Below are positions 43,041 to 47,405 of a stretch of DNA of 47,405 bases, in pieces. A program made the position numbers and the translations under genes. The notes under the pieces are model-generated. The model searched no databases. It saw nothing but the letters and a program-made list of their open reading frames with translations, and was not told the origin of the DNA. The stretch lies in assembly GCA_044446265.1 (NCBI GenBank), contig JBIOES010000001.1, forward strand, positions 1 to 47,405. The letters run 5' to 3'. Position 1 is the first letter of the stretch, and each line of letters begins with the position of its first letter. Origin of the DNA: Solirubrobacterales bacterium (GTDB lineage: Bacteria > Actinomycetota > Thermoleophilia > Solirubrobacterales > Solirubrobacteraceae).

Positions 43041-43106
43041 AGGATTCGCCTGCAAAGCGCCATCTTTTGTGACAAGGCAGCAACCACCATGTGAACGTCT
43101 GGTGAA
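43041..43106 (-). promoter_or_regulatory. PHO-box-like promoter of the PHP-GT4 operon
   Basis: Minus strand TTCACC-AGACG-TTCACA-(11 nt degenerate slot)-GTCACA (43106-43068), 21-nt gap, AATCCT. Confidence 0.65.
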
Positions 43107-43157
43107 GGTTTGCGCGGGAGAAGGTTTGAAACGGGCGCCGTTTGCAAGCATCGCCCG

Positions 43158-45221
43158 ATGCCCGAGCGCCAACTGTTCGTCGCGGGGTGCCCGCGCTCGG
43201 GGACGAGCGCGCTGGCGTTCCTGCTCAACGAGCACCCCCAGGTGGCGCTCGGATTCGAGCGCTTCAAGCGCGTGCGCGCGCAGCTCGATCTCTTCCACTT
43301 CACCTCCTCCCAATTCTTCTCGCCGGTGCTGGCCGAGACGGACATCCGCGGGGAGCTGCTGTACGAGCGCCTGCGCCGGCGCTGGGAGAGCGGCACGGTG
43401 AGAGTTGTGGGCGACAAGGTGCCGCTGTACACGCGCGTACTGCCCCAACTGCTGGGGCGCTTTCCCCAGGCGCGCATGGCGGTGCTGGTGCGCGATCCGC
43501 TCGCCGTGGCGAGGTCCTTCGCGCGCCGCGCCGCCGACCCCGGGGATTGGTGGCCGGCGGAGAACGACCACCGGCTGGCAGTGAAGATGTGGAACGAGGC
43601 GCTGGCCTCCGTACACGCGGTCGATGCGGTGCGGGCTGGGGAAGGAGAGGAGGAGGAGGGGAGGGTCGCGTTGCTGGCATACGAGGCGCTGTTCTCCGGC
43701 GAGGAGCGCTGGTTGGAGTTCTTGCTGGCCTTCGCTGGGGTGCCGTTGAGCACCAGGCTTGGGGCCGAGTACCGGCGGCTGGCTGACACCTGGAGCGCAC
43801 GCGCGGGCGAACGTGTGGCGGACCCGGAGCTCGAGGGTGCGGCGGACCCGGAGCTCGAGGCATACGTGCAGGCCCACGTCGATCGCGAGCTGTGCGCGTG
43901 GGCGGAGCGGCGCATGGAGCGCCAGCTCACGCGCACGCCCGCCCTCGAGCGGATGGCGGCCGGGGAGGACGAGCCACCCCTCACCGCGGAGGAGTTGAGC
44001 GAGCGCGAACGCGAGCGGGAGCAACTGCTGGCGGAAATGCGCCACCCCGGCAGGCGCGCGGTCGATGAGCTGGAGGTGCTGGAGCGGCGGTTCGTGCAGC
44101 AGACGGGTGAGCTGGCGCGGCGCGGGGAGCGTCTCGGCGAGCTGGACCGCCACGGGGAGCGCGCTGGGGAGCCGTCGCGCCGCGGAGAACCGGCAGGGGA
44201 ACCGTCGCGGCGCCCGCTGCGGTTGAGCGGACCAGGTGGCGGCGCAAGGCCCCGCATCACCTTCATCGTTCCCCACCAGCGCGCGACGACGGGCGGGGTG
44301 TACGTGATCGAGCAGTTCGCGCGGCACCTGGCCGTGGATGCGCGCGTTTGCGTGGCGGTGCGCGAGCGGCCCTCGCGGGAGATCCCCGGTGTCGAGGTGC
44401 GCTGGTGCGAGCGCCTGCATGGCGATGCGCTCCCCGACGCAGACGTGCTGGTCTACCCGGCGGATCTACGCGACGCGGAGGATCTTTTCGAGCTGCCCGC
44501 ACGCGTGGGGAGGCCGGTGATGCTGTTCCAGGGCTACGGCACCCCCGGGTCGCCGGTGGTCGAGGCCAACCTCGACGCCGCCCCCGAGGCGGTGGCGATC
44601 GCGCGCTGGCTGCAGGATCTGGCGCTCGCGCGCGGCGTGCCCTGCGCTTACGTGCCCCAGGGCCTCGATCGCGAGGTGTTCGCGCCCGGGCCCACCCCGC
44701 CCGCGGCGCGCGCGGAGCGGGTGAGCCTGATGACCCATCGCCTCGACTGGAAGGGACTCCGCGACGCGCTCGATGCCATCGCGATCGTGCGCGAGCAGCG
44801 CCCGGCGGTGGAGGTGACGCTGTTCGGGACCGAGTCCGTCGCCGGGGAGGGCACGTTCACGGCGAGTCCCACCCGCGCGGAGGTCGCGGCGCTGCTGGGA
44901 GAAAGCGCCGTGCACGTGGTGGCCAGCTGGGAGGAGGGCTTCGGGCTGACCGGCGCGGAGGCGATCGCGTGCGGCGCGGCGCTGGCGAGCACCGACACCA
45001 AGGGCAGTCGCGACTACGCGATCGACGGCCACACCGCGCTGGTGAGCGCACCGCGCGATCCGCGGGCGCTCGCGCGCAACGTGCTGGCACTGCTCGAGGA
45101 TGCGCAGTTGCGCACGCGCCTGGTGGCGAACGGTCAGCGCCACCTGCGCACGGCTATGCCGCCGTGGCCGGAGACGGCGCGGCGTATGGCGTGGGCGCTG
45201 CTCTGCGCCACGGCACCGTGA
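43158..45221 (+). CDS. Sulfotransferase-family domain fused to GT4 glycosyltransferase
   Basis: FVAGCPRSGTS, GDKVP, VRDP; C-term TTGGVYVI, WKG, EEGFGLTGAEAIACG. Confidence 0.82.
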   Translation: MPERQLFVAGCPRSGTSALAFLLNEHPQVALGFERFKRVRAQLDLFHFTSSQFFSPVLAETDIRGELLYERLRRRWESGTVRVVGDKVPLYTRVLPQLLGRFPQARMAVLVRDPLAVARSFARRAADPGDWWPAENDHRLAVKMWNEALASVHAVDAVRAGEGEEEEGRVALLAYEALFSGEERWLEFLLAFAGVPLSTRLGAEYRRLADTWSARAGERVADPELEGAADPELEAYVQAHVDRELCAWAERRMERQLTRTPALERMAAGEDEPPLTAEELSEREREREQLLAEMRHPGRRAVDELEVLERRFVQQTGELARRGERLGELDRHGERAGEPSRRGEPAGEPSRRPLRLSGPGGGARPRITFIVPHQRATTGGVYVIEQFARHLAVDARVCVAVRERPSREIPGVEVRWCERLHGDALPDADVLVYPADLRDAEDLFELPARVGRPVMLFQGYGTPGSPVVEANLDAAPEAVAIARWLQDLALARGVPCAYVPQGLDREVFAPGPTPPAARAERVSLMTHRLDWKGLRDALDAIAIVREQRPAVEVTLFGTESVAGEGTFTASPTRAEVAALLGESAVHVVASWEEGFGLTGAEAIACGAALASTDTKGSRDYAIDGHTALVSAPRDPRALARNVLALLEDAQLRTRLVANGQRHLRTAMPPWPETARRMAWALLCATAP

Positions 45222-46167
45222 GACCTGTGAGCGACTCCAGCAGCTCGGCGTCGCGAGCGTAGTGGTCCTGCAGCTGTGCTCGCAGCTCGGGGTCCAGCGG
45301 CGCGAGCCGCTCCTCGGGGATCACGTTCCACTGCATGAACCAGAAGTTGAAGGCGCGCTGCTGCTGGGCAGGGTGGGCCATCTGCGGCCACACCTCGCGC
45401 GCGAGGTGGTCCTTCAGCGCCTGCTCGGCGTCGGCGTCGAGGCGGCGGGCTCGCCCGCCGCGGTGATGGCGCTTCATCGGCTCGGGTGGCTCATGGCGCT
45501 CGTCCACGCCGAGGAAGGCGAAGATCGCGCGCATCGCCTCACCCGGATCGTCGCGCAGGTCGCTGGTGAGCAGCACGTGCAGCTGCTCGCGGCCGAACAG
45601 GGCAAGGTAGTTGCCGAGGATGCGGCCGTACTCGCCCTGCACGAAGTAGGGCTGCACGAGCGGCGGTTCGCGGCGCGCGCGTTCCAGCATCTCGGGCACG
45701 AGCAGCTCACGCGCGGCCGTATCGAAGTCGCGGGTCTCGCGCCCGCGGTGGAGGACCATGCGGTGGTGGGATTGGGCGCGCTCGATCGGGTCGCGCAGCA
45801 CGGCGATGAGCTTCACCTGTGGCAGGAGCGAGTGGATCCGCCGCGCGACCTCGCCGACGTCGACGCCGGGGCTGCCCATCATGTAGTGGGGCGAGACGGT
45901 TCCCCACCGCTGTGCGGGGTGGGCCTCGGCGAAGAACTCGCCCAGGTACCACTCCAGGCCACGCGCGAAGGGCTCGTCGTGGCTGAAGAACGGCGCCTCC
46001 TTGGAGGGCGGCACGTAGATCTCGGGGTGGCTCGCGAGGTGCCGCCACAGGGACGTGGTGCCCGAGCGCTGAGCGCCGATGACGAGGAAGTCCAAGGTGG
46101 CGCCCACGTGGGCAGTCAAGTCGACGCTCACCCCGGGGCTGTTGCGATTGTGTTGCCCGAGCGACAT
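45154..46167 (-). CDS. Sulfotransferase (heparan-sulfate-ST-like bacterial family)
   Basis: FLVIGAQRSGTTSL, HPEI, KEAPFF, LRDPIERAQS, QGEY; start uncertain (46110-46218). Confidence 0.85.
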   Translation of the reverse strand: MSLGQHNRNSPGVSVDLTAHVGATLDFLVIGAQRSGTTSLWRHLASHPEIYVPPSKEAPFFSHDEPFARGLEWYLGEFFAEAHPAQRWGTVSPHYMMGSPGVDVGEVARRIHSLLPQVKLIAVLRDPIERAQSHHRMVLHRGRETRDFDTAARELLVPEMLERARREPPLVQPYFVQGEYGRILGNYLALFGREQLHVLLTSDLRDDPGEAMRAIFAFLGVDERHEPPEPMKRHHRGGRARRLDADAEQALKDHLAREVWPQMAHPAQQQRAFNFWFMQWNVIPEERLAPLDPELRAQLQDHYARDAELLESLTGLTVPWRRAAPTPYAAPSPATAA

Positions 46168-46261
46168 GGTCGCCGGTGGGGCCTTGCGGCCGGGATATGG
46201 TCCCGCGCAATGAGCCACGGATCTGGGAGGCGGTCAGGGGTGGCGGCTCCGCCGTAGCGAG

Positions 46262-47128
46262 ATGCGAGTCCCTCTCGTTCTCCTGACAGGCGTACCGCGC
46301 TCGGGCACCGCTCTCTCCTGCGAGCTGATCAACCGGCTCCCCGATGCACGGGCGCTCGATGAGCCGATGCAGGTGGGCGCTCTGATCGACCGAGCCACGA
46401 CGGGAGTCCAAGCCGCGCTCGATACAGATCTGCTGTGTGGCGAGATCGCCGCGTTCGCGGAGTGCCAGCGGCGGTCGATCCTCGACCGTGGTGTGGCTCT
46501 CAGCAGGCACGTAGGAGGACGGGTCAGCGGTGGCAGGATCGCCGATGGCCGAGATGAGAATGGTGTTCGCAGGCGTGTGGGCGAGCGTGGCGAGATTCGG
46601 CTCGAGCGCCCCAGCTCGGAGGACTTCACACTCGTGCTCAAGCACCCTGTCCTGTTCACCGCCATGTTGGGTGTGCTGCGCGAGCGCTTCTCGGTCTTCG
46701 CAATCGTGCGCAACCCACTCGCGGTGATGGGTTCGTGGGAGGGCATGCCGATGATGGTGCGCACCGGGGATCTCGGGCTTCCTGCCGTGGTCGCTCCCGA
46801 GCTGTCCAACCGCTTGGCTGGGATCGAGGATGTCACCGAGCGCCAGCTGTGCCTGCTCGACTGGTACTTCGGCATGTACGAGAAGCTGCTGCCCCGTGAG
46901 CGCATCGTGCGCTACGAGGAGATCGTGAGCAGCGGCGGAACGGCGCTCGCCTCGATCGTGCCTGCCGCCGTGACGCTCCGGGTTGCGCTGGAGGGGCGCA
47001 ACGCCACCGCGGTCTACGACCGCGAGCACATGCTGGAGGTGGGAAATCTGCTGCTCTCCCGCGGGCAGGCGCCGTGGCGTTCCTTCTATCCAGCGAGCGC
47101 AGTCGAGGAGCTGCTGGACAGGGTGTAG
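46262..47128 (+). CDS. Sulfotransferase-like P-loop protein
   Basis: LTGVPRSGT, EP, LKHP, IVRNPLAVMGSW, VRYEEIV. Confidence 0.75.
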   Translation: MRVPLVLLTGVPRSGTALSCELINRLPDARALDEPMQVGALIDRATTGVQAALDTDLLCGEIAAFAECQRRSILDRGVALSRHVGGRVSGGRIADGRDENGVRRRVGERGEIRLERPSSEDFTLVLKHPVLFTAMLGVLRERFSVFAIVRNPLAVMGSWEGMPMMVRTGDLGLPAVVAPELSNRLAGIEDVTERQLCLLDWYFGMYEKLLPRERIVRYEEIVSSGGTALASIVPAAVTLRVALEGRNATAVYDREHMLEVGNLLLSRGQAPWRSFYPASAVEELLDRV

Positions 47129-47129
47129 C

Positions 47130-47405
47130 TCAGGTGGAGACGCTGTTGCTGCTGGAGGGCGGGGGCGTCGTCGAGCCGCCGCTTGGGACCGGCACGCTGG
47201 GAAGCGGGTGGAGCGGTTTGGCCTCGAGGTCGAGCTTCGTCGGCCATCGCCGCGGATCGAGCTTCAGCGTCAGCTTGCGCCGGCCGGCGCGCAGCGTCTG
47301 GCGGCGGGTGCTCGCGACCACGTGCTTGCCGCGGGAGGCCCGGAGCTGCACGTGAGCGCTCGCCACGAGCTTGAAGGTGAGCTCGAGCGTGGTGCCGTGG
47401 ATCAC
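47130..47405 (-). CDS. C-terminal fragment of a probable secreted protein (runs off the window)
   Basis: Basic beta-strand domain (LRAGRRKLTLKLDPRRWPTKL) then P/S tail; 5' end lies outside the window. Confidence 0.55.
   Translation of the reverse strand: MIHGTTLELTFKLVASAHVQLRASRGKHVVASTRRQTLRAGRRKLTLKLDPRRWPTKLDLEAKPLHPLPSVPVPSGGSTTPPPSSSNSVST

Noticed and set aside
40628-44266. 1212-aa version of the glycosyltransferase
   Set aside because: The extension beyond 43030 is antisense to the sulfotransferase-GT gene and runs through the box/promoter region

Overview
A very high-GC, gene-dense bacterial chromosomal segment, probably from an actinobacterium. The style of the secreted-protein N-termini suggests Thermoleophilia/Solirubrobacterales (inference). 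There are three blocks. (1) About 1-17.2 kb is a hypoxia/fermentation-type cluster: P-type ATPase, acetate kinase, phosphoketolase, tandem USP, NarL-type regulator, PHP phosphatase, PfkB kinase, a 2-oxoacid:ferredoxin oxidoreductase whose delta subunit is split by a GltD-like flavoprotein, and PEP synthase. (2) About 17.3-43 kb is a large phosphate-starvation island: ppk1, sixA, an OmpR/PhoB-type regulator, phoU, two different pstSCAB operons, a frameshifted DUF47 gene, a divergent FtsH with a coupled C-lectin-like secreted protein, two zinc-ribbon proteins with an apparently inactive phosphoesterase, and a PHP-GT4 / DUF2334 / COG4280 operon. (3) About 43-47.4 kb holds three sulfotransferase-family genes. 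The strongest non-obvious signal is a set of seven arrays of 11-bp-phased (T/G)TCAC(A/C/G) PHO-box-like repeats. Five of them end 20-21 nt upstream of a -10-like hexamer. The island has no histidine kinase but encodes two receiver-less PhoB-type winged-helix proteins with nearly the same recognition helix as the full-length regulator, each under its own box array. No tRNA, rRNA, CRISPR or IS element was recognised. A few indel and substitution oddities may be sequencing errors.
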